The position numbers were made by a program, and so were the translations under genes. The notes under the pieces are model-generated. The model did no database searches and was not told the DNA's origin. It was given only the letters and a program-made list of their open reading frames with translations. Below, in pieces: positions 34,937-42,989 of a DNA stretch of 64,000 nt. The stretch comes from an uncultured Candidatus Poseidoniales archaeon. GTDB lineage: Archaea > Thermoplasmatota > Poseidoniia > Poseidoniales > Poseidoniaceae. Each line of letters begins with the position of its first letter. The stretch's first letter is position 1. Where the stretch lies: NCBI GenBank assembly GCA_964013535.1, contig CAXGWS010000008.1:4922-68921 (forward strand), written 5' to 3'.

Positions 34937-36058
34937 TTAATTTTCTGAAAATGCGGCCACGTCTAGAAGAAATCTCTCCAATTCAATACGGGGTTGGGAG
35001 GTCTTGAATAGTGATACCTCACACTTCGCTAAACTAACCAAAATCTTTGCCAGCAATCGATCGTCAAGGTTCATTCTTCCCTCGGTCAACAATCTATGAA
35101 ATTGAATCACCACGTCTTCTGGCTCCAAATTTTGCCGCTCTGTCAAATTGTCAAGTAGCCCCATCGCCCCTTTTAGCGCCCGCTGGTTTCTCCCATTCGT
35201 CTTCTCCCAGCGCCATTCATGCACTCTGCCTCGCATCGCCTCTTCGAGAACGTGTTGAATCTCTCTGACTTTTACCGAAGACATCAATTCCTGAAGATGG
35301 CGCCGATTGGATAGCAATTCGCGCTTGCCCATTAGTTCTAGGATGAAAATCGCCTTGCGTATATTTCCCTCACTAACGTGTGCTATATCTCCGATTACAC
35401 CGCGAGCAGGGTCCAAATTCTCTTGATTCGCAATATCGGCTAGTTTCTGTTCTACTACTTTGTTGCTATAGCGCGGGATCCTAACATGCTGAACTCTACT
35501 CCTCAAAGCCTCGATTAATCGTGATGGAGTGGTTGTGGTAAAAATAAACCTCGAGGTTAAACTGCTTTGCTCCATCATACGACGCAAGTATGCCTGTCGA
35601 AGATTACCGAGATAATCTGCATCTTCAATCACTATAATTCTTGACAATTTTATTCGGTTTTGTGTAGGTTTGTTGAAGGTTTCTTGTCCACTTGGCGGTC
35701 CCGGATCATTAGGAAATTCAGCCACAGATTCTGAAAAAATGTCGAGGCTTGTTAGGCCTGCAAGGCTATTACTTGAGTCACTGGGCCTAATGAAATCTTC
35801 AAATTTCTTCATTGCCCCTGGCATTCTAGAAAGATCTTTGGCATTGAGAATGTGGGTTGTTGACTGCCACCCGGGCCCTAATAATTGTCGTGCAAGTAAC
35901 CGCATGACGGCTGTTTTACCGACACCGTTAGGCCCAGATATCAACAAGTGAGGGGGGTTGGCTCCAGTTGAAGCAGTTTGTAGAGTATCCTTTATGGCAT
36001 CTGAAGTTAGTAAGTCACTGAACTTAGTCGGGGCTTTTGACTCTAACCACGACGTCAT
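34937..36058 (-). CDS. rfc: replication factor C (clamp loader) small-subunit-like AAA+ protein, divergent
   Basis: It has PHLLISGPNGVGKT (Walker A), IIVIEDADYL (Walker B), LRRMMEQSS and SRVQHVRI (SRC-like). There is an insertion of about 50 aa between Walker A and Walker B. Confidence 0.7.
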   Translation of the reverse strand: MTSWLESKAPTKFSDLLTSDAIKDTLQTASTGANPPHLLISGPNGVGKTAVMRLLARQLLGPGWQSTTHILNAKDLSRMPGAMKKFEDFIRPSDSSNSLAGLTSLDIFSESVAEFPNDPGPPSGQETFNKPTQNRIKLSRIIVIEDADYLGNLRQAYLRRMMEQSSLTSRFIFTTTTPSRLIEALRSRVQHVRIPRYSNKVVEQKLADIANQENLDPARGVIGDIAHVSEGNIRKAIFILELMGKRELLSNRRHLQELMSSVKVREIQHVLEEAMRGRVHEWRWEKTNGRNQRALKGAMGLLDNLTERQNLEPEDVVIQFHRLLTEGRMNLDDRLLAKILVSLAKCEVSLFKTSQPRIELERFLLDVAAFSEN

Positions 36059-36099
36059 GTACTTGGAAACCTAACGGCGGTTTTTGAACTGTCCGGTAA

Positions 36100-36249
36100 T
36101 CATTCTGCCTTGAGTTTCTTGGTTCCGGTTCTTCGAAGTTTCATAAATACTCTCGAACCACATGCTTTGCAACTTATTCCGTTGCGCTCTCTGTGAAAAG
36201 ATTCGATACTTCCGCAGGTGGCACATTTGTAATCTATTAGCTCAACCAT
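36100..36249 (-). CDS. rpoP: DNA-directed RNA polymerase subunit P (Rpo12/RPABC4)
   Basis: Hand translation gives MVELIDYKCATCGSIESFHRERNGISCKACGSRVFMKLRRTGTKKLKAE. This is a CxxC...CxxC zinc ribbon followed by a basic tail. At 49 aa it is below the ORF-track cutoff. Confidence 0.75.
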   Translation of the reverse strand: MVELIDYKCATCGSIESFHRERNGISCKACGSRVFMKLRRTGTKKLKAE

Positions 36250-36324
36250 GATACTCAACTCAAACCATCCGAATAGTCTTCCTTTCTTAATCTGTTTGTC
36301 GCGCTTGTGTCCAATGTAAACCGA

Positions 36325-36329
36325 AAAAG
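36325..36329 (-). terminator. oligo-T tract immediately downstream of tRNA-Asp
   Basis: On the minus strand ...CCA-acacctacTTTTTc follows the tRNA 3' end. The tract is short. Confidence 0.3.
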
Positions 36330-36337
36330 TAGGTGTT

Positions 36338-36412
36338 GGCGCCCGCTCCGGGAATTGAACCCGGGTCGCAGGAATGACAATCCTGCATGATAACCTCTAC
36401 ACCAAGCGGGCG
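36338..36412 (-). tRNA. tRNA-Asp (anticodon GTC), CCA encoded
   Basis: The acceptor is GCCCGCT/AGCGGGC. The anticodon stem is CAGGA/TCCTG with loop TTGTCAT. The T loop is TTCAATT and the 3' end is GCCA. Confidence 0.9.
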
Positions 36413-36440
36413 TGTTCGTATCAACCGGAGCGCAACCGCT

Positions 36441-36447
36441 ATTTAAG
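36441..36447. promoter_or_regulatory. TATTTAA/TTAAATA box positioned to serve both divergent transcripts (tRNA-Asp and the 36481 CDS)
   Basis: The element lies 28 nt upstream of the tRNA 5' end on the minus strand. It lies 33 nt upstream of the ATG at 36481 on the plus strand. Confidence 0.4.
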
Positions 36448-36480
36448 CCGCGCCATGTGGCTTGACAAGGGAGTGACACC

Positions 36481-38004
36481 ATGGCGAAGAAAAAAACCTC
36501 TGCTGAAACTGCAAGAGAGCAATCTGAAATTGCTAAGGTAGAAGGCATGCTGGGTGATGCATTCGGTAGCCTTGGTGGCCTTGAACAGCCGGTTCAAGAA
36601 GAGATGAATCAGGACACTACAGAACTTGTTGAAGAGGTTGACGATGTGAAACCATTTTGGGTTGAAACTGGAGAAGAAGTCGAGGAAGCCGAGGAAGCCG
36701 GAGTAACTAATGAGGAAGATGTTCTAGACACAGCGGCTCCTGAAACACCGGCTGAGGTTGAACCGGTAGCACCACCAAGCGAAGAGCTCTCCAAACCACC
36801 AGCACCTCCATCAGGACCTCCAGGTGGCCCACCATCAGGGCCACCGGCACCTCCATCGGGTCCACCAAACCCCCCTTCTGGGCCGCCATCAAAAACTCCA
36901 AGCCCACCATCGGGGCCTCCAAGTGGCCCACCATCGGGGCCACCAGCACCTCCATCAGGGCCACCAGCGAAGCCACCGTCTGTAACTGAGGAGCAAGAAG
37001 TCCAGCCAACCGAAATGACGTTGGAAACCGATTCAGCAGAAACTGCGGATGAGCCAATAGATTCACAACCAGAAATTAAGGAAATCAATGAAGGTGAAAA
37101 AACCGAAGAAATCGCTACACAGGAAGCAACCGACGCGGACATTGCGGTGGCAAATGAAGAAGTATCACCTATCGAAGAGACTGAAGAAGTACCCGAAATA
37201 AGCGAAGATGCTGAAACACAAATCGGCGATAGTTCAGTGTCACAAAATGAAGAAGAAAGCGAGGAAGATATCATCGCCAAAGAAGCCGAGATTGCGAGAT
37301 TATCTGCTGAAGTCGAGAGGTTAAGGAGTTCAATGTTAGGAGCAGCCGACATAATTGAAGAGATGGAAAATCCACCTATGCCGCCAATGATTCAAGACGA
37401 CCTTGTAATCGGCGCCCACATAGTTGCTGATATAGCAAGAATGGCTCGTCAACTTGATCGAGAAGAATTGATTAAAGCATCTATGGGAACTATTGCCATG
37501 CTTCACCCTGAGCGACTTGATGTGCTTATTTCAACAAAACACAGTGCACTATTACCGCGTATGAATGAACAAGATATATGCGCTGGTAAATTGAATTCAG
37601 ACCCTCCAAGAAGTGCTCCTAACGACTGGCGCGTGCTGGAAGTTTTGTTAGCGTCAACCAGCATAATAACCGGTGGGCCAGCAGCGGTTATTCATTGCCA
37701 CAGTCCATACTCTACCGCTGTAAGTTGTGAGAAAGATTTGGTTTTGATGCAACCCATTGATGAAATTGGCAAAGAGCATATCGGCAAGGTAATCATTGTA
37801 GACCCCGATGATGAAAATCCACGTGAGTATCTGCGTCAGGTCGCTGAAGCACTAAAGCAAGGCGGGATGCGATGCGTGGTGATTCGCGGCAATGGTGCCT
37901 ATGCTGTGGGAGCAGATTTAGATCAAGCATGGGCTAATGCTGCAATGCTAGAACACAGTATGAAGATTATCATGCTTGCAAGACAAGCAAATCTAAAGAT
38001 TTGA
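36481..38004 (+). CDS. fusion protein: acidic N-terminal region, (PPSGPP)n polyproline repeats, acidic linker/coiled coil, C-terminal class II aldolase/adducin-head-like domain
   Basis: The repeat block reads PPAPPSGPPGGPPSGPPAPPSGPPNPPSGPP.... The C-terminus has AAVIHCHSPYSTAVS, VVIRGNGAYAVGADLDQAW and AAMLEHSMKI, matching the aldolase-II fold. Confidence 0.65.
   Translation: MAKKKTSAETAREQSEIAKVEGMLGDAFGSLGGLEQPVQEEMNQDTTELVEEVDDVKPFWVETGEEVEEAEEAGVTNEEDVLDTAAPETPAEVEPVAPPSEELSKPPAPPSGPPGGPPSGPPAPPSGPPNPPSGPPSKTPSPPSGPPSGPPSGPPAPPSGPPAKPPSVTEEQEVQPTEMTLETDSAETADEPIDSQPEIKEINEGEKTEEIATQEATDADIAVANEEVSPIEETEEVPEISEDAETQIGDSSVSQNEEESEEDIIAKEAEIARLSAEVERLRSSMLGAADIIEEMENPPMPPMIQDDLVIGAHIVADIARMARQLDREELIKASMGTIAMLHPERLDVLISTKHSALLPRMNEQDICAGKLNSDPPRSAPNDWRVLEVLLASTSIITGGPAAVIHCHSPYSTAVSCEKDLVLMQPIDEIGKEHIGKVIIVDPDDENPREYLRQVAEALKQGGMRCVVIRGNGAYAVGADLDQAWANAAMLEHSMKIIMLARQANLKI
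36796..36981 (+). repeat. imperfect in-frame tandem repeat encoding about 10 PPSGPP/PPAPPSGPP units
   Basis: Repeated ccaccatc(a/g)gg(g/a)cc(a/t)cc... units are visible in the DNA. Confidence 0.8.
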
Positions 38005-38036
38005 ATAACCTTACAAGAAGGATTACATCTAACAAA

Positions 38037-38411
38037 TTAGAAAAAAACTTCAATGTTTGAATCCTTGATTCTTGTGTCATAGACAGTCAAATCCTTTTGT
38101 TTAGACATCTTGCCGACAATTTTACCATACGGTGGAAATAGAGGGAATGGAGACCATTCGACTAATTCCCCATCGTCTATTTTGTGGGTGGTCTGGTGCA
38201 GTGGGCAACGAATACAATCATCACTAACTTTAGCGCCCCAAGCCAGCGGCCAACGCATGTGACGACATAGTGCTTCAGTAGCAAAGTAATTGTCTTCATG
38301 CATGCCAACGAGTATCATCTTCTTTCCTATTGTTACCATCTTTTTTTTGCCATTTTTCAACTTCCGTACCGGCAAAGCAGTTCGCCATTGACCCTGACTA
38401 ATTTCTGACAT
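38037..38411 (-). CDS. Rieske [2Fe-2S] domain protein
   Basis: CRH-x17-CPLH cluster ligands are present. The start is 38411, or 38429 as in the track, and either overlaps the SDR 3' end. Confidence 0.75.
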   Translation of the reverse strand: MSEISQGQWRTALPVRKLKNGKKKMVTIGKKMILVGMHEDNYFATEALCRHMRWPLAWGAKVSDDCIRCPLHQTTHKIDDGELVEWSPFPLFPPYGKIVGKMSKQKDLTVYDTRIKDSNIEVFF

Positions 38412-39129
38412 TGGCCATCCCTCCATCAAGATTCAAAACTTGCCCAGTAAAGTTATCTGGAGCACCTGTTAACAGCCAATTGATTGCCGTTGCAACCTCC
38501 TCTGCTTCATTTATCCGCTTCATTGGAATCATTGAAACAGCAGCCTCGCGCACGGCATCGGATTTTAGCACCGTAGCGCCAAGTCGCGTATCGGTTAGAC
38601 CTGGTGCAACCGCATTGACTCGGATTTTTCGTTGTGCATAGGTGGCAGCAGCGGAACGAACCATCGCCTCAATGCCGCCTTTTGCCGCAGCAATCGCTTC
38701 ATGATTGACCAAACCAAGACTGCCGGCAACACTGGAAGTGAATACTAATCGTCCTCCACCACTACGCAGCATTGCCTTGCTGATTAGCGACAATGAGAGA
38801 AAAGCACTTGTTAGATTGGTTTGGATTACCGCTTCGAAGTCAGTTAATTTTAGCGCGTGTGGTGGTTTAAGAAGAATTGAGCCAATGAGATGAGCTGCAC
38901 CAGTAATGCTGCCTTCGCCTTGTTGTTTAGCAATGTCAATTGCTTGCAATATGTCATCTTCTACTAAACCATCACCGATTACCACGTTAACGCCGAGTTG
39001 TTTTAGGGATTCAACTCGACTTTCATCCCGTGCCAAAATGGTAACTTGATTACCGCTATCGAGCAATTTTGAGATTAATTCGAGAGCAATATCGCTGCTG
39101 CCGCCAATTATCAAAAAGGAATCTGCCAT
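38398..39129 (-). CDS. short-chain dehydrogenase/reductase (SDR)
   Basis: It has FLIIGGSSDIALEL and YAQRKIRVNAVAPG, and the length is about 243 aa. Confidence 0.85.
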   Translation of the reverse strand: MADSFLIIGGSSDIALELISKLLDSGNQVTILARDESRVESLKQLGVNVVIGDGLVEDDILQAIDIAKQQGEGSITGAAHLIGSILLKPPHALKLTDFEAVIQTNLTSAFLSLSLISKAMLRSGGGRLVFTSSVAGSLGLVNHEAIAAAKGGIEAMVRSAAATYAQRKIRVNAVAPGLTDTRLGATVLKSDAVREAAVSMIPMKRINEAEEVATAINWLLTGAPDNFTGQVLNLDGGMANVRN

Positions 39130-39171
39130 GTCCTTTACTAGTTAATTCGACTTTTATATTCGTGTTTCAAA

Positions 39172-39768
39172 TTATTTGCTGGTATCACGGTTGATACGAC
39201 ATATCTCGACAAAATTTTCAAACATCTCTTTGCCGTATTCCGAATCGTTAACTTCGGGGTGAAACTGCAGGCCAAATCGATCTCCAGCTTTATTTTCCAT
39301 ACCTTGAACCTTACAAGATGGGCTGCTTGCAGTGATAAAAAAGTCATCTGGAACTATGTGGACTTCGTCGTTATGTGATTCCCAAACCGTCTGCTGTTCA
39401 GCCGTTCCTTGGAATATTTTTCCACCGCCATTCTGTAACTTAATCTCCATTGCCCCAAACTCAGGAATAGGAGACTCTCTAGCATCGCCACCGTAATGAC
39501 GCGCCATAAATTGATGACCTGCGCAGATTCCGAGAATTGGAATCTCTAAATCCAAGTAAGCTCCGCAATTTCCCAATTCTCCAGTTAAACCAACCCTTGC
39601 CGCACCACCGGAAAGAATGATGCCATCAAGTTCACGCAGATTTTCAACTGGCGTTGTATTTTCGATAATTTGAGTATCTACTTTCAGATAGCGCAACATG
39701 CGCCATTCTCTGTGAGTCCATTGCCCGCCATTATCAACGACATCGATGACTAGAGGTTTTTCTGCCAT
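39172..39768 (-). CDS. guaAA: GMP synthase [glutamine-hydrolysing] subunit A (class I glutamine amidotransferase)
   Basis: It has ILGICAGHQFMA with the catalytic Cys, plus LQFHPEV. It is stand-alone and about 198 aa, as in the archaeal split GuaA. The ATG at 39768 is preferred. Confidence 0.8.
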   Translation of the reverse strand: MAEKPLVIDVVDNGGQWTHREWRMLRYLKVDTQIIENTTPVENLRELDGIILSGGAARVGLTGELGNCGAYLDLEIPILGICAGHQFMARHYGGDARESPIPEFGAMEIKLQNGGGKIFQGTAEQQTVWESHNDEVHIVPDDFFITASSPSCKVQGMENKAGDRFGLQFHPEVNDSEYGKEMFENFVEICRINRDTSK

Positions 39769-39777
39769 AACCAAGCC

Positions 39778-40170
39778 TCATTCTGCTCGCGCCCGACGGG
39801 CATGTTTGAAGGATTGAACGCAAAAATAAGTGTAAACTACCCCCGTTATCAATAGCATCAACATTGAACCTTTAGCATAAGCGCTAACATCGTCTTTTGA
39901 CATTACCATGAAAAATCGCGTTCCGCCAAGTGCACAAATTGCGCCGATAACTACAGCAATGTGTATCCATAATTTCTTTTTGTGTGGTTGTGCATTGGCC
40001 ATTATTCCGGAAACTGCCATAGGTATTCCGACAATGGTTGGTATGTATGAAGTAATTGAGGCGGCATTCGACAGCAATGATACTGCAATACCCCAAACAA
40101 TCAACAGCACACCATAACCTATTGTCAAATTAGCCATCGTTACTCCCATTGGCTTATACTCGTCTGCCAT
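39778..40170 (-). CDS. membrane protein (4 TM helices)
   Basis: It is hydrophobic throughout and lies 9 nt upstream of the GATase start. Confidence 0.5.
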   Translation of the reverse strand: MADEYKPMGVTMANLTIGYGVLLIVWGIAVSLLSNAASITSYIPTIVGIPMAVSGIMANAQPHKKKLWIHIAVVIGAICALGGTRFFMVMSKDDVSAYAKGSMLMLLITGVVYTYFCVQSFKHARRARAE

Positions 40171-40250
40171 GGTTGATGCTCAAACTGAATATCTAAAATT
40201 GCTTTGAGAGAATTGATGAATGATTGACTGTTGGATAAGAATGGTCGCCT

Positions 40251-41594
40251 ATGGATTTTTCTGATTCTCCAAATGGTTGGCCAGGCAATCTATGGCTTGA
40301 AGGTAAAACTATTGTTCATTTGCAGCCTGAGCAAGAGCGCCCATCACACATGCCTCGTGGACCGGCGAAAAAGACTGGAGGAGGATTTCTCAACCCAGCG
40401 ATGGCTCCGGCAAGAACTCGATCGGTTTTGTTACTGAAAGATGCGCTTGAGAACAACTGGCTTACACCAGCAGAAAAGCCGATAAGAGCATTCGATGCAA
40501 TGTGCTCAACTGGAGTAAGAATTCGCAGGTGGCGCAATGAAATACCTGATGAACTACAAAATAGATTACGAATTACTGGAAACGACTTGAATGAATTCGC
40601 CCTCATGTGGGCGGCAAAATCCCACCAAGACAATCTCCCGAAATATACCGAAAATATCGATATGAATTTTGACCGATATGGTTCAATGGCTCAGCGAGAG
40701 GCAGTTAGTGGGATTTTCTTCCAAAAAATGGATGCAAAGCTAGCCATGGCAGATGCATCGTATCAATGGATTGACATCGACCCATTCGGCTCGCCGGTCA
40801 CATTCATCGACTCAGCCATACAAAGTCTAGCAAGAACTGGGGTGCTCGAGGTTACTGCAACGGATACCGCTGCGCTAACTGGCTCTTCGCTTAGTTCACA
40901 AAAACGACGGTATGATTCCCAAGGCATCGTCGATGATTATGCGCATGATGACGCAGTTCGAGTACTGTTAGGGCTTATCGCCAAGGTTGCTGCAATGCAT
41001 GACCGAGTGATGAAACCTATTCTGGCACTCTTTGATGGGCATCACGTAAGAGTGAGTGTGATGATTAAAACTTCAAAAGAAGAGGCATCTGCATTTCAAG
41101 AAAATATTGGTTATCGCCTAAGAGGCAAATCCCTGCCGTATGAATTCATCAAATATCCAAGTGCTGAACAAATGGAGCATACCAGTGGACCGATGTGGAT
41201 TGGACCGCTGATGAACAGAGATATCGCTGGCAGAATGACTGAAGAAAATGCTCTCGCAACATGCCTGCCAAACGAAGCTGAACTTGCAGAATTAATCGAT
41301 AGAGGCTTGGTATGGGATGACAAGGATGCTGAATACGCTGCACGTGAAATGGTACGCAGCGTCAAGCATATCTCTGATGCTGCTGACCTGTTAAGTCGTC
41401 AACATCTACTCCTAAGTTTGAATGCCATGCCAAGACTAGCTGGAACAAGAGGGCCACCAAAAATGGATGATTTACTCAATGATTTAACCAAACTGGGTCA
41501 TAGCGCTGCGCGCTATCCCGACATGGACCCTATGTTTGTCACAGATGCAGACTTTGAAACCGTGCTATCTGTTGTTAGAGAATACCACTCATAG
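40251..41594 (+). CDS. trm1: tRNA (guanine26-N2)-dimethyltransferase Trm1
   Basis: Motifs are AFDAMCSTGVRIRRW, WIDIDPFGSPVTFIDSAIQS and LEVTATDTAAL. Confidence 0.85.
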   Translation: MDFSDSPNGWPGNLWLEGKTIVHLQPEQERPSHMPRGPAKKTGGGFLNPAMAPARTRSVLLLKDALENNWLTPAEKPIRAFDAMCSTGVRIRRWRNEIPDELQNRLRITGNDLNEFALMWAAKSHQDNLPKYTENIDMNFDRYGSMAQREAVSGIFFQKMDAKLAMADASYQWIDIDPFGSPVTFIDSAIQSLARTGVLEVTATDTAALTGSSLSSQKRRYDSQGIVDDYAHDDAVRVLLGLIAKVAAMHDRVMKPILALFDGHHVRVSVMIKTSKEEASAFQENIGYRLRGKSLPYEFIKYPSAEQMEHTSGPMWIGPLMNRDIAGRMTEENALATCLPNEAELAELIDRGLVWDDKDAEYAAREMVRSVKHISDAADLLSRQHLLLSLNAMPRLAGTRGPPKMDDLLNDLTKLGHSAARYPDMDPMFVTDADFETVLSVVREYHS

Positions 41595-42353
41595 TTAGCC
41601 AAATGATGGATCGTTGAAGTCCTCACTTTGTTCAGGCCCCGGCAACATTGTCATGGATTTCTCAAAGACTTCGCGAACACTATTCTCTATTTCACGAGCG
41701 TTTTCTAGTAACTCAGTTAAAGGAATATCAAGCCCAGTTAAATCACAAACTGCTTCGATTGCCAATGCTGCTGCACGAGCATCCGGATACATTGGGCTTG
41801 CTTCCGCGAGGAGGGCCGTTACATCGATGCCAAGTCTATCGCCCTCTCCTAATAGAAAACCCGTTATGCCAGCAACTATGCCTTGCTGGATTGGTTCAAT
41901 ACCTGCATTCTTCAAATCATTACGTGCTTTTTCTGACGACCCTACCCCGTATAACTCTCCTTGATTGAGTTGTTTTTCAGGCGATACAATCCCATCAATG
42001 ATTATCAGTTTATCAAATCCGCCTTTGGTATACCACTCCAATACTGTTGATGCAAACATTATGTCTTGCTTATCTTGGAATTTAATCTCCGAGGTAAAAA
42101 CTCCGATTCCAGGGCCCTGATAGACTCGTACTGGATGTTTTGGCACCTCATCTTGAATTAGTGCTACGGCCGGGAAATCAGCATTGAGAACGGTGCCTAA
42201 TTGATTAAGATGGAGTGTTCTAATGATGTGTGATGCGGCGATAACTCCGACCATGCCGGCAGTGGTAAATCCAGCAATTGCAATACCGCCAGTGGTTGGA
42301 TCGGCCCCGCTCTTGAGAACCAGTGCGTAGCCTTTGAACTCGTGGTCTGTCAT
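41595..42353 (-). CDS. PAC2-family proteasome assembly chaperone-like protein (paralogue 1)
   Basis: Motifs are IAIAGFTTAGMVGVIAASHII and YPDARAAALAIEAV. The ATG at 42353 is preferred over the TTG at 42374. Confidence 0.7.
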   Translation of the reverse strand: MTDHEFKGYALVLKSGADPTTGGIAIAGFTTAGMVGVIAASHIIRTLHLNQLGTVLNADFPAVALIQDEVPKHPVRVYQGPGIGVFTSEIKFQDKQDIMFASTVLEWYTKGGFDKLIIIDGIVSPEKQLNQGELYGVGSSEKARNDLKNAGIEPIQQGIVAGITGFLLGEGDRLGIDVTALLAEASPMYPDARAAALAIEAVCDLTGLDIPLTELLENAREIENSVREVFEKSMTMLPGPEQSEDFNDPSFG

Positions 42354-42470
42354 GCCAATCAATACCTGCGTCAAGGATTTCCTTTGAAAAGACTACTATC
42401 CGATTCTCTTGAAAAACTTTGTTCGATTTACAATTGTAAACAGTTATCAATATGGCTCTCTTGGCCAATA

Positions 42471-42980
42471 ATGAGTAACATGACGGGACTAAACAAAATT
42501 TCGATTCATGTCGGTGAGTTCGAATTTGAGAGTGAGGGTTCTCAGATAGAAGTCGATGAAAAATTTGCCCAATTCAAAGAAGAGGGGTTTTGGAACATCA
42601 TCACTGAAAGGCTAGAAGAGGCCAAAGATATGGCAATTGATTCCTCTAACTCGGCCTCCGAAGAGAATGCTATTCCGGCAAGGGGAATGCAATTCCGCAC
42701 CCTTGTTGAAAACTGTAGCTTGGAAGGCAAACCCGAACAGGTATTGGGGGCTCTACATTTCTTAAGAGATGTTGAAGGATTAGATGACTGTCCACCTCGT
42801 GTCATAAATGCACTCTTTGAAGAGGCTAATATTGAGCCTCCCGGAAATCTTTCGCTATACATTAATCGTCTACGAGAAAAGGATTTCTTAACCATCGATA
42901 AAAAACATGGAGATAAGAATCGTTTCGCAGAGTTGACTGATGCTGGTAGAAAGCACCTAGAAAATAAAGCAAAAAGATGA
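42471..42980 (+). CDS. hypothetical protein with C-terminal winged-helix-like DNA-binding region
   Basis: The ATG at 42471 avoids antisense overlap with the PAC2 gene. The C-terminus LYINRLREKDFLTIDKKHGDKNRFAELTDAGRKHLE resembles a MarR/PadR-type wing. Confidence 0.45.
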   Translation: MSNMTGLNKISIHVGEFEFESEGSQIEVDEKFAQFKEEGFWNIITERLEEAKDMAIDSSNSASEENAIPARGMQFRTLVENCSLEGKPEQVLGALHFLRDVEGLDDCPPRVINALFEEANIEPPGNLSLYINRLREKDFLTIDKKHGDKNRFAELTDAGRKHLENKAKR

Positions 42981-42989
42981 GGCTTGAAT

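Noticed and set aside
36255-36548. 97-aa minus-strand ORF
   Set aside because: It runs straight through tRNA-Asp and the divergent promoter, so it is spurious.
36609-37352. Antisense ORFs of 247 aa and 119 aa opposite the PPSGPP repeat gene
   Set aside because: They are Gly/Ser/Pro-rich mirror images of a low-complexity coding region. The sense strand carries a recognisable aldolase-II domain in the same long frame.
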